From contig CP158636.1 in assembly GCA_050273025.1 (NCBI GenBank), positions 1,922,001 through 1,986,000 of the forward strand: a stretch of 64,000 nucleotides of DNA, in the 5' to 3' direction. The position numbers were made by a program, and so were the translations under genes. Every line of letters starts with the position of its first letter. The first letter of the stretch is position 1. The notes under the pieces are model-generated. The model saw only the letters and a list, made by a program, of their open reading frames with translations. It searched no databases and was not told where the DNA came from. This DNA comes from Cenococcum geophilum (lineage: Eukaryota). Shown here piece after piece: positions 14,050-26,138 of the stretch.

Positions 14050-14420
14050 TAAGTATAACTAGCCTAATACTAAGTTTAAGGACTTAAAAGAGTCCAAGGC
14101 AGCCAAAATAGACGCTAAAGCGCAAGTATAACCAGCTTAACACCAAGTTTAAGGACTTAAAAGAGTCTAAGGCAGCCAAACTAAATACTAAAGCATAAGT
14201 ATAACCAGCTTAACACCAAGTTTAAGGACTTAAAAGAGTCTAAGGCAGCCGGAATAGATGCTAAAGCGCAAGTATAACCAGCTTAACACCAAGTTTAAGG
14301 ACTTAAAAGAGTCTAAGACAGCTAAACTATACGCTAAAGCGCAAGTATAACTAGCTTAATACTAAGCTTAATACCAAGTTTAAGGACTTAAAGAGTCTAA
14401 AGCAGTAGAACTAGACACTA
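14050..14420. repeat. Tandem repeat, 73-bp unit, ~5 copies
   Basis: The word gacttaaa recurs at 14081, 14154, 14227, 14300 and 14385 (the last unit has a 12-bp duplication). Confidence 0.95.
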
Positions 14421-14559
14421 TAAACTAAAGACTTAATAGTACCCGAAAAACCTTTATCTGTCTAAATAACAATATATAGTATTCTTAGGCAATAGCTACA
14501 GGACCACAGCAACAGTAAAGATATTATTTACCACTAATATTATAGAGCCTGACGATATT

Positions 14560-15191
14560 AGCTATCTAAACCTATAAACTCCGTTATTTCTATATAAGCC
14601 GTAGCAAGAAAAAAAGGGAAGATTAAGGGTAGTACTAGTTAAGTTAAGATAACTAAATAAGTTAGCACTTAAAACTATAATATCCGGTCTTAGGTATATA
14701 GAGTTCTAACTAATATCTAACTTAAGCTGCCGCCTAGAAGTCTTATATTTATCATTAAGGTAACGCTAAAGGGCTAGGCCGGACAACGGGTATTGGCAAC
14801 AATATAGATAATTTAAAGCCCGCAAAGTAACTAAATAGAAAGCCCGTATCTTATAGGCTAACTACTTATTTTTAACGGCTTTCAAAAGTTTATTTCTAGA
14901 ATTCCTTTTAACATCTCCAGTTTCCTATTAAATAGACATATCAGCACGAGCCTATATACTACTAGGGTGTAGAGAGCTAAAATATAGTTAGAGTTCTTTA
15001 AATAATTTACCAGAAAAGAACGGGTTATTTAAGTTAACCTATAGATCGGCCAGCTTAACCTCAATATCCCACCCCAACTCGCAAAGATTAGGGCCATCTC
15101 CACCCGGTATACCACCGTCGATCTATATATTAGCATCTCCCTTATTCGCAGCGGCTAAAGAGGCTTTAGGTGTCTAATCTCTAGAAGGCAT
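14560..15191 (-). pseudogene. Degenerate ORF upstream of Plavaka (possible N-terminal exon with C2H2-like finger)
   Basis: ATG at 15191; the frame is broken only by TAA/TAG. De-RIPed (C)(P)(H)C..PLSG.AL(Q)R(H)LND(E)(H) near 14750-14815. Confidence 0.45.
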
Positions 15192-15704
15192 TATAATGCG
15201 GCTTTTAAGAGAGCCTACTCCGCGCTAGGGCACCAGACGCTATATTATAGGTAGAGCTTATAGTAGTTATATAAGGCGGGATACATTTCTAAGCAGTGTG
15301 CGTTTAGAGAAATTAAGGCTAAGGCAAGCTTAATATAGCTATATTTTTAAAGATAAAGAGGCTATAGTATCGGTTTAGGCGGCTATAGAAGTTTAAAAGA
15401 TTAAGCGAACAATAGCAGGAAATGGAAGAAAAAGGCGCGTAAATAAGAGTACGGTATCATAGGGCTAGAGTAATAATAGCTATATTATAAATGGCTTAAT
15501 ATACAATTCGGACTACGGGACCTATATATAAATAAGTCTAGTAAATATCTTTAATATAAAGCGTAGTAGCTATAAGTAGGATCTAGAATACTAGTTTTAG
15601 GTTGCCTATATAGTAGATATAATAGCTTATCTAAAAAAAAGTTGCTTTATTAGTGACATAGCTCAAAAATAGGTTGTACTTTAGGTAAAAGGGTATTTTA
15701 AAGC

Positions 15705-16020
15705 CTTATCTTGCGCTTATAGGATAAAATACCATATTATATTTCACTTTATTTTATACAATCTTAGACTTTTCATAATGTCTTAGATTATCCCCCTACC
15801 TCTCTCTACCATACACTTTACCTTATCTTGCACTTATAGGATAAAATACTATATTATATTTCACTTTTTTTCATACAATCTTAAACCTTTTATAATGTCT
15901 TAGATTATCCCCCTACCTCTCTCTACTATATATTTCACCTTACCTTACACTCGTAGAATAAAATACCATATTATATTTTACTTTTTCGTACAATCTTAGA
16001 CATTTTTAATATCTTAGATT
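15705..16020. repeat. Tandem repeat, ~117-bp unit, ~2.7 copies, in the divergent intergenic region
   Basis: ccttatcttgc.cttataggataaaatac.atattatattt recurs at ~15705, ~15821 and ~15938. Confidence 0.9.
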
Positions 16021-16299
16021 GTCCTAAACTTGTTCCCTAACCTCTCCAGAGCTACTTTACTAACCAGTTATAATACAAAGGATAGAATTATTAGCTCTCT
16101 TATTATTATGTATCTAGTCTAGTTACTTAAGTATACCTATTAGGGCATCTATTATCCTATCTATAACTCTTTGGCTTTTTATATAATATATATAACAACT
16201 AACATTCTAAGGCTTCTACTGCGGATTACACTTGTTTTTATATGCCTTGCTATTTATATCTTACAATTTTATTTACTTAGTTAGCAGCGCAAATCTTAT

Positions 16300-19200
16300 A
16301 TCTCATCTCACTACGCACCTTTCATTCCGTTTCTTACTTTAAGTCTTATATTTTGTTCTACTGCCCATATTAAAGCTTATATCTCATCCTACTTCTTATA
16401 TTAAGACTCGCATTCTATTCTATTTCTTACATCACTCTTATATTACTCTTATTAGAATCCGCTATTATCTTAAGTTAACACTATTAGCACACCTTCTTAT
16501 TATAACTGTTAGGATTATCTTATTAGATTATTACTAATTATCTAATATATTATCCGCTTTACTATCTTTATAAGTTACTCTATACTATTCTATATAAAAC
16601 TTTTACCCGCTTATAAATATATAGGGTCCTTAACTATAATAGCGGCGCCATACCCAGACTCTAGTTAGTACTTAACTACTATAACTAATAAGAACTCATT
16701 ATAAATAAGTGGTCTAAAGCTATAGTAAGGACTCGCGATTAATAAAAAAACATATAAAGAAATCCTCTAATACTATACTAGCGAAATCAATGAAGCGTCT
16801 AGCGGTAGGTTACTAGCGTCCGGGCCTATACGAAATAGAGTTAAGCGTATAGTCTTTAACCTTCTTAACACTAAGTATAGGCACGTGTTTAAGAGATCTA
16901 ATCTACCATTAGAGTTTAAAGCTTTTACTATTGCCGCCAAAAAATCTATATAGCGATATATAACGACTAACAGATATAGAGGCGTAGAGGTTATAATGGC
17001 TAATATTATTCTAAAGTATGGCGGCTTGTCTTCTAGAGAGCAGTCTATCAACTTATTTAGATCAAGGGCAGCCTCTAAGGCTGCCCAGGTACTTAGTAGT
17101 CTGTCCATTAAAATCCTATAATAGCTAAATACCACACCTACACCATTCTATAAAATAAGCTTTGCTATATATAGTTACCTAGACAAAACGCCATTAAATA
17201 GGGCCCCCATTCCATATAGATTTGCATTAAAAACTAAGCATAAGCATCTATTATCCGATTCTCTAGAGAAAGTTAATGTATATTACTATAGATATAATAA
17301 GCTATAGGCCGCAATAAGTATAAACTTCTCGGCGGATAAATATAGGGATAGCTGGGCTATAGTAGATCTGACTACTAGTATACCAATTCTTAACTATATA
17401 AACCTAGCATTTACGGTACTTTTTGTAAAGAAGGCTAGACTTAATATAATTATAATTAGGGTTAAAAATCCCAATCGGATTATAAAGCGTAAGAGACTTT
17501 ATAACTTATATAAGATTATATAATATTATATAGAGTTATCTAACATATATTTACAGGCATAAGATTTAATAAGAGTACTTCTAAGTCTAACTCTAACCCT
17601 AATATTATACGACCGATGCTAACTAGGAGAAGAATAGGCATATCTACCCTAGGTTAAAGTAGTTACAAGCAGTTAATTCTAGAGTCCACGCCACCTATAT
17701 CTAAGCAGTTAAATCCAAAGCCTATATTAACCCTAAAGTCCACGCCACCTATACCTACTAGTGCATTATTAGCTATATAGCCGGCTATAATTAAAACTAC
17801 TTATAGCTAGACCCGTAGTAGTAAAGACTAGCCCCTACTAAATAAATTAGAGCTCTTAAAAGGCGTAGATTTAGATAAAATATAAACATTTAAAATAATA
17901 CCATGGGATAAGATAAAAGAATAGTATAATAAATGGCCAAAGTCTAATCACGAAATGTTTATTAATATATTATTTAAGGATATAAATAATAACCCTAACC
18001 TAATTTATATTAGGAAATTAATCTTAACCGCACATAGGAGCGCCGCCACTTTAACGCCTTAATTAACCCTATTTCGACTAATAAGGAACTAGAAGATAAG
18101 CACGAGAATAGAATTAAGGAGGTTAATTAGGAAGTTAATTACCTAAAGAACGTACAAGAAGCACATATTAACCTAATATTATAAGTAAAGGCGCTACGGT
18201 TCCTCTTATTTCCGTTAACTATTTATAACACTCTTTAAGACGCAACCTTCTACTTATACGGCATAAAAAAGGGTAAAGCTATATAGATATATTAGCTGCT
18301 TAGTGTTACCTATACTCTTCGTAATTATACAGCCCTAGGTGGGACCTTTCTCGCGGATATAATAGGTTTAGGTAAGACACTTTAAATACTCTTAATCTAG
18401 TACACTAGCGTGTTAATAACCAAGATTAACCTTAACTAGCTTAATTAGAAAAATTAAGAAGGTAGAGATAAAAGTCTCTACCTTACCCCTAGTATAGACG
18501 AATACCCACAGCCGCCTAACGCCCAATACCTAAGTTAAATAGATGGCATGCCATAGTACTATTATATTAAGAGAAGTATCACCAGAAATTTTCTTTACCG
18601 GCTAGTAGGACCAACTATATATATTACTAGACAGAATCTACTACCCCAAGCGGTTAAAGACGTCGAATTATGGTTTAAAACCTTAGAACTAAATAATTAT
18701 ATTCCTAAAGGCAAACTACAAGTTCGCGTACGCTATTTAGCTTTTATTAGGTCCAGTATAAAGAAGTATAATTTTACAGATAAAGATAAAGACATTCTTA
18801 AACCTATAAAATGCGAAAGAGAAGGTAAGAAGGTCTGGTGGATAATGGACCCAAGATCGGCTTTATATCTTATAATTACGACATTATAAACTTAGGCAAC
18901 AACCTGGACCGCTTAGGAACAGCATAAAACTATTTTCAATCTCTATAGAGATGGTGGTCCTTATTATATTATTAGTGGGATTCTTACTAATAAGTTCTAT
19001 ATAAATAGGTTAGAGACAGGTTATCTAATAAAAATAGCCAAATAAGTATATAATGATTAAGCAGTATTTCCTTACTTCTAACGCCCGGGCCTATCTTATA
19101 AGGACGGCAATAGTAAAATAGCCTACTACGCCTCTCGACCTTTAGTAGTATTTACTTCCGGTATACTAACTAGCGAAGGTTTTACAAGTCTAATTCCCGC

Positions 19201-20436
19201 CTTAGAAATTTTCAGGGCCCCTAATTAGGCGGATTCCACAAATACAAAATTAATTAATAATCGCAATATTAAAGCATTAATTAAATATAAAAAGCTAGGA
19301 GCAGCTAATCGCTCTTCTCTTCCAAATAAGGTTATTATAGGCTTTAAAGAATACTCCTCTTTAATTGCAAAGATCTTAATTATATGCAGAATGGGGGAAG
19401 ACCGATGGTTTAATAGGAGGGTAATTAATAAGCTACCACTAGTCGTCTACTAAGACTGCTATATAACGAACAATTTAATATTTAAACCGTATATTAATAA
19501 GCTCTGGCGTGGAGCATCCCTAAATACTTTTAAACAGCTAAATAAAGCTTTTAAACACTAGAAAGCTAAAGGAAGAAAAGGAGAAGAACCCATCTTTAAT
19601 ATAGATTAATTTCTAGAGGGAGCTAGTTACTTATTAAAAAATTTTGCTATCTTTCTAGGCCTAGCTAAGGTAGAAGATAAGTAGCAGGATACATAGTAGA
19701 AGGATAAGGCAAAAGTTAAAATAAAGCCGAGGTGGATAGTTAATAAGTTTTATAGCGAAAAATAGGATAAACCTTTAGACGAGAATCCGCTTTAAAGGAA
19801 TTAGAGCATAATTACTAACTCTAAAAAACTAAAGCTAATTATAAAATACGTTAATAAAGTACTTAAAAAAACCCTAATAAGAGACTACTATTTAGTAGTT
19901 ACGAACTAGCAGTATATACACTATTACGCCTCGTAAGTTAGCTATTAAACTAGTAGTAAACTATTACTAATAATATAATATAATATTTCTATAAAAGGCT
20001 TAGCCAGTCTAAATATTTAGCTGTTCGCTAAATGGAGTCTAGGACATCCCTAAAAGACTAGGAGGATATCTATAAAGCGTTTTGTATTCTAATAGGCGGT
20101 CCTTACTAGAATAACGTAGTTTAGTTTCTTATTATTAACCGAAGGGTTAGAGGAGAGGGTTTGAATTTAGTTTCTACATATAGAGTCTATCTGCTTAAAC
20201 CGGCGACAATAGTAGATATAGAGGTGTAAGTATTTAGCCAGGCTGCTAGATCTAGATAGTTAGCGCCGGTAGTTACTATATTAATAACGTATAGTATGGA
20301 TAAGTGGAACCCAATTAATATAGTTATGTTAGCGAGGCGTACGATAACTAAAAGGATGACGATTAATAAGTTCTACGAGGTGTTTAAAACCTAACCTACT
20401 TAGCAGGCTGATAATAATATAATAGAAATAGCGTAG
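16300..20436 (+). pseudogene. Large SNF2-family (SF2) ATPase/helicase gene with long unrecognised N-terminus, RIP-inactivated; start uncertain
   Basis: Motif I GGTFLAD(M)(M)GLGKTL(Q) at 18338; motif II GILT(D)(E)F(H) at ~18977-19000; motif III VVFTSG(T)(P) at ~19144; helicase-C GEGLNLVST(H)RVYLL(E)P..E.(Q)VFS(R)AARS(G)(Q) at ~20150-20260. GT..AG introns at ~17489-17556 and ~19933-19998. The upstream frame from ~16620 continues across the first intron, with one frameshift near 18015. Confidence 0.85.
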
Positions 20437-20565
20437 CTGGTGCAGTTAGAGCAGCGATCCCTGCAATAAGAGTATATCTTAGTATAATATATATATATAT
20501 AGATAATATATAACTATTTAATATTTTGTAATATATTATCTTAGTGTTAACTACTATATAGAAGT

Positions 20566-21385
20566 ATAGGCCACCTCATATATAGTACTAATATTACCCT
20601 ACTAAAATACTTATAACTTAAGAACTACTATAGTTATTTATATAAAATTTTAAATATAGCTTATTAAATAGTAATTTAAGCTTTTTATAAAATAAAAATT
20701 TTAAATTTTAAAGCTATTTTATATATAGTTTTAAAAAACTTATAGCTTAATAACTATAAGAGCTATTTATATAAAAATTTAAATATGGCTTACTAATTAA
20801 TATATTAAACTTTTAATATAATTAAAATAAAATACTATAAAACATTTTATAAAGAGTTTAACTTATTAATTAGTAAGCTATATTGGTTTTTATATAAATA
20901 GCTATTATAATTATTAAGCTATATATTAGCGACTTAGTTAATTAAGGTATAAGCACGGAAAGAGGAACGCGCAAGCCTATACAATTGGTAGTCTATAAAC
21001 AAGGATCTAAAGCTAGAGAAAGGAAAGGAGAGGGTGGCGCCACTTAACATTATATATAATCCTCTGGTCACGTAACGGCAAATATCTAAAACTATCTAAA
21101 ACTATATAAAACTATCTACAATTGTCCGCTATAATCTACCAATATTTACTAGTTTCCACTAGCGCCGTAATACTATAAGTATTTTAAAACTATATTTTAA
21201 TATAAAATATAAAATAAAACTATATATAAAATAACTTTAAAATAAAGAATTTTTATTTTATAAAAAGCCTAAATTACTATTTAATAAGCTATATTAAATT
21301 TTTTATATAAATAACTATAGTAGTTCTTAAGTATAAGTATTTTAGTAGGGTAATATAAGGTAGGACTGTGCATAAGGTGGCCCAT
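20566..21385. mobile_element. AT-rich foldback/MITE (long inverted arms) interrupted by a solo LTR
   Basis: Left end ggccacctcatatatagtac..atattaccctactaaaatacttata mirrors right end tataagtattttagtagggtaatat..gtgcataaggtggcc over >150 bp. No TSD resolved. Confidence 0.85.
20924..21172 (-). mobile_element. Solo LTR related to element A (249 bp)
   Basis: Reverse-complement similarity to 4204-4449; 5-bp TSD ctata at 20919-20923 and 21173-21177. Confidence 0.9.
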
Positions 21386-21409
21386 TTTAAAAAGTTTAAA
21401 TTTAGTCTA

Positions 21410-22650
21410 AATTAATATTACTCCGGCTACTAACTACTTCAACACCTATTAAGTAATCTAGCCCACTAACTCTCGTTCCTATATATATAAACAGTTCCTA
21501 TTAAGGTATATCCTCTCTACTAACAGATTATATATATTTGCTATCTTTATTATTCTAAAAGCCTAATCAATACGTAAGAGGATCCTCCTATTAGTAGTGG
21601 TTTTCGAGATCTCACTATCCCGTGTAAAAACTTTTCACTACTAATAACCACTAGCTCCCACCCGCATGCTGTATAATGTCTATATAAAATCCCTAATGGC
21701 GAAGAAAAGCGTACCCTAATTATTCCATTTAATCTACCTCCTACCTTTTTCTATAGGTGTAAGATATTAAATTAACCTATAATATAATGCTAACTAGAAT
21801 AATTGGTAAACCTAGCTTTGTTAGATAAATATACTTAATAATGAGGACCGAAACCCTATTACTATTAAGCCTATTATACTATAAAACAAAAGGGCTATTA
21901 TTAATATTGGTACGTTTTAAATGTACTTTATTAGCCGGCACTAACAGATATAGGTTAATAGGCCACCTACTACTTCGTGTTTAACGGTTCTAAAAATAAT
22001 AGGGCAAAACATACTATTATTCGTCATGCTCTTACCAACTATAATAATTAATTTATTACAGGCCAGAAACTTGGCCTTAAATAAGTAAAAGGCAGACTTT
22101 TAGAATATATTAGACATATTACGGATAAAACCTTTATATAGCCTACCCGCATTAAAACACCTTAATAGCAGTACTATACCGTTAGATTTCGCTATTAGGC
22201 ATTAGAGTAACTAAGTAACCTTAAGTCTTCCCCTCATTACCCGACCCTAAGCCTTATTACGTCGCTAAGACTCTTACATTATCGAGTTTTATTACATTAC
22301 TAAGTATTATTACATTGCCGCCAAGCCTCATTATATCGCCGAGCCTTATTACATTATTAAGTCTCATCACATTACCAAGTCTCATTGCATTACTATTAAG
22401 CCTTATTATTTCACCAAGCCTCATTACATCGTTAAGTCTTATCACGCTGCCGAGCCTTATTATATCGCCGTTAAGCCTTATTATATTGTTAAGTCTTATT
22501 ATGTTACCAAGTCTCATTATATTACCGTTAAGCCTCATCACGTTATTAAGCCCTATTGCATTGCCGCCAAGCCTCCTAGCTAGATTAGGCAATTAGACGT
22601 CGTAAATTCAACTCCTAGGCGTGGCGGGTTTAATTCCCACTTATTACGCA
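21410..22650 (-). pseudogene. Unknown-function gene remnant with N-terminal 6-7 aa repeats (~(D)VMRLG)
   Basis: 18/21-bp tandem units at 22280-22570, followed by a frame broken almost only by RIP-type stops. No family recognised. Confidence 0.4.
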
Positions 22651-23473
22651 TTAAAAATATTAAAAAAGAAGGTCATTTTCTATTAAATTAGGCGTTAGTA
22701 AGGCTCTAAATTAAGCTTATATTTTTGTACGTGTCTTACAACGCCCAAAGTCATATATTTAACGAAATCTCAGCACTATATACTAAGCATATCAGCTCTT
22801 CCACGCTGATTTTTAATTATATTGGGCTAGCTCCAAATTAAAGCAAGAGGTAAAATATACTATACTACTACGCCACAAGGACTTTAGAATATAATCTCAC
22901 GAATTTAACTAAATTATAACCTCTTCCTAAACCTTACAATTAAACCAGATCCTTAGGGAGAGATCCCTATATTAAATCTTAGGGAACATTTAGTAGCGAC
23001 TTTAGATTAAATCTAAAGGCCCCAGAATATATCCAATCTAAAGCTTAAATCTAATTCTAACGTAATCGTTCGGTTAATCTAGCAACTTTCTAATCTAAAA
23101 GCTCCTCTAGATTAGCAAGCTATACTATATATAGAATCTAAACTAAGGTCTTAGCATTAGTTTAAATCAGGAGCTTAAAGCTCATCTAGAGCCTTATAGA
23201 AGGATTGACTTAATTTTAGATTTCATATTTTAGTAAGTAGTTGATCTACTATAGTCCAAAATCTTGGTTATTAGAAATTTAGGGTGTCTCTGCCACCATA
23301 GTGGCAGAGGCACCTTAAGTTTAACACTACGCCAAGTATTATAACTTTCCTATAGTGACCGAGTAATCCCAAATTAAAGCAATTATAGAATTTACCATAC
23401 TACTACCCGTAAAGGCCCTTAGTTATAGTCTCATAAATTTAATTAAAATATAAATACCTTCCTAAATCTTATA

Positions 23474-23899
23474 ACGTATTCCACCACCGAGCCGGCAGAA
23501 CCACCGAGCCGGCAGATCCATTTCCCCACCAAAAATCATAAAAATCACAATATAATATCTCAACAACCACTTAATAATAAATTTTAATAATTTAGATTTA
23601 GACTTTTATATACACTCTGCAGCTTCTATTAAAGTTGCATAGTATATAGGTTAGTAGTTTTTAAGATATTAAAATTTGGGGGCCAAAATATGGCCAAATT
23701 ACTATATCTTAAAAACTACTAACCTATATACTATGCAACTTTAATAGAAGCTGCAGAGTGTATATAAAAGTCTAAATCTAAATTATTAGAATTTATTATT
23801 AAGTGGTTGTTGAGATATTATATTGTGATTTTTACGATTTTTGGTGGGGAAATGGATCTGCCGGCTCGGTGGTTCTGCCGGCTCGGTGGTGGAATACGT
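23474..23899. mobile_element. Tc1/mariner (Fot1/pogo-type) MITE, 426 bp, near-perfect foldback
   Basis: TIR acgtattccaccaccgagccggcag.. / ..ctgccggctcggtggtggaatacgt, ~195-bp arms, TA on both sides. Confidence 0.95.
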
Positions 23900-24184
23900 T
23901 AATTAAATATTTCCACGTATAGCACTATGCTAAATATTACGATATAGATTGCTTAGATATAGCTTTACTATAATATAACGGCTCTATACTAATTGATTAA
24001 TCTATAGCTCTAAAATTTAGATCTATAATACTAAAAACAAGCTCTAAGCCACTAATTTTATATTGGTAGAATGAAACTTAGCAAGAGATTCGGGTAGTAA
24101 AATTACTGCCAAGAGTTACTGCCCGGATCCTAGCCAATAAATACCCATAACTATAATCTTAGTAAATGGTAAAAGTATATAGCA

Positions 24185-24475
24185 GTACCGAGACAATAGC
24201 AGGATAATATAAGATAATAATAGGACAATATAATATAATGGCAGGACAATGATAGGATAATATGGCATAATGGTAGGACAATAGCAAGACAATATAACAC
24301 AATAGCAGGATAATGATAGGACAATATAATATAATGGCAGAACAATAATAGGACAATATAATATAATGGCAGGATAATAATAGGATAATATAATATAATA
24401 GCAGGACAATAGTAGGACAATATAGGATAATATAACACAATAGCAGGATAATAGTAGGATAATATAAGACAATAT
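24185..24475. repeat. Degenerate minisatellite (aatggcaggacaat/aatat words)
   Basis: Directly visible; it produces three overlapping low-complexity ORFs in the track. Confidence 0.85.
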
Positions 24476-24589
24476 AAAAACATAAAATATAAGATATAAA
24501 AAGAGGGAGCCCTAACGCTTCCTCTTCTTCCTACTCTTACGGCCCTGGCGCCTAATATAGTGTAATATCGTCTATCCATATAAGCGATA

Positions 24590-25790
24590 GTATTAAGACG
24601 GTTACTTTAAGTAACATGCCTAGATAACTAGTTTAGCGCATAGTTTATATAATATATAACAATAATAGGGGGATCTCCTATTATCATATTGCTGAGCAAC
24701 GCCTTTAAAGCTACGTTTTTCTAGTGCCTAGAGGTTCTTAGATTATTATAAAACGCTTTATAAGAACTTATTTCAGCGCAGTAGCTTTAAGCCCTATAGT
24801 AGTTATATCTAGCTAGTCTTTAAGAATATAAATATTCTTAAATAAGGAAGCATCCTTAATAGCTATAATTAAGCTAAGATCCGTATAAGGCTTATTTATA
24901 ACGTATTATAGTGCTTTAACATTCTATTAAACTTAAATAAGGTATTCTAATAACGGGAATCTATTAATAGTTAGATATCTTCTTATTTAGAAAACATTAC
25001 ACACTTACAGCTCTCTTATTAGCTTTTATAATGCTAATATAGTATAGCAACTAACTTTATAAAATCTAGTTTATTTCTTAACCATCGTCCATAATACAGA
25101 TAAGTTAATCTTAATCTCTTTAGGTCTTAAAGAATAAGTTAACCTCTAGAGGATTCTGTTCTAATACAGCTAATAGTCTTACCGCTGCTATTGCGAGTAT
25201 ACATTTTGTTTAAAAAATATTAGTCTTAGGAGTTAAAGTAACTAAAGACCCAGCGACTAGTCTTTTTAACTAATCCTAACAGATTATCTTCCCTACTCTT
25301 CTAAGTAAGAACGCCACGCGGATTACTAGCCCTTAAGGTAAAAATATTACTAAGCTAATATAGGCCTTATAGATATTAGGGGATAACTGCTTTAGAATTA
25401 TAGCATGCTTACCTATTTATATATACCGATTCTATTACTATATTTAAATTCCGGCAAACTAAAAGGGTCTGCTCTAATTTAACCTACTACCTCTCTTAAC
25501 GGTTTAATTATATCTTCTCTTAAAAGATTATACTAAGAGCTTAGATACTCCTCCGTCAAGCTAGACGGACCTAAGATCTTATTAACTTATAGTAGAATAT
25601 CTCTATTTTCGCTAATAATATTCTAGCCCTTATTAGAGATATTAAGTATTTTAGCGAAGGTCGGAACCTCTAATCGTGCTAACTAGGCTCCACTAGTTAA
25701 GGGCTAACTAGGCGTCTTAAAGTATTAATAAATATAGTTACTAGTACATGTTAAGCTGCCTAGAAGGGATTTATATATATAGAACTATAG
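24590..25790 (-). pseudogene. hrr1: 5' fragment of Hrr1/SAD-3 (ZNFX1-like SF1 RNA helicase of RNAi/meiotic silencing), two introns retained, truncated after motif Ia
   Basis: De-RIPed: GA(W)LAR.EVPT..(E)I; VNKI.GP....EEYLSS.Y.LLRED.I.PLRE.V (LLRED block 25512-25553); RVAF(S)LRRVGK.I.(W)D(Q)(S)KRLVAGSLV(A)LTP..(D).F.TKC.LA.AA.R(P)L..LEQNP(P)EV(D)LFF; FPL(S)E(H)L; Walker A I(Q)(G)P(P)GT(G)KT (24740-24714); GDPPIIV....N(H)AL(D)(Q)L.RHV. Introns gtaagc..aag (25412-25366) and gtaagt..tag (25008-24961). Confidence 0.88.
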
Positions 25791-26138
25791 CGCTATAGCC
25801 TAGAGGCTGCATACGTAGTATTATACGTAGTATAATATAATAGAGATAAAAAAAAAATTTATATATATATATAAAGTATTAACAAATCTGGGTGCTAAAT
25901 TAAGCTTATTAAGACGGAGGAGACGTAAAATGGATAGGAGGAGGCTTGTAAGTCTAGGTAGTATAGCGGGTAGAGAAGCGTTCGCTAATACGCTTATTTA
26001 TTTCTTATAAGATATTTAACCAATTATTTTATATATAACAAAACAATATAGTTACCTATCTACACAATCCTATACATTAGTCTTAGCGCGTAATTAAGAC
26101 GTCTTTCCTACCGTACCTCCCCCAACGCTTTTAAAATT

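Noticed and set aside
14050..14420. CRISPR-like array (also considered for 38620-38780 and the 50-54 kb array)
   Set aside because: Units are repeated end to end with no unique spacers, there are no cas genes, and the context is eukaryotic.
16300..20436. Calling the SNF2 gene sad-6/rad54, or an Academ RecQ helicase
   Set aside because: The motifs are SNF2-type (LADxMGLGKT), not RecQ, and too divergent to assign a subfamily by eye.
23276..23323. Helitron 3' terminal hairpin
   Set aside because: No CTRR end follows at the expected distance, and no Rep/helicase remnants were seen.
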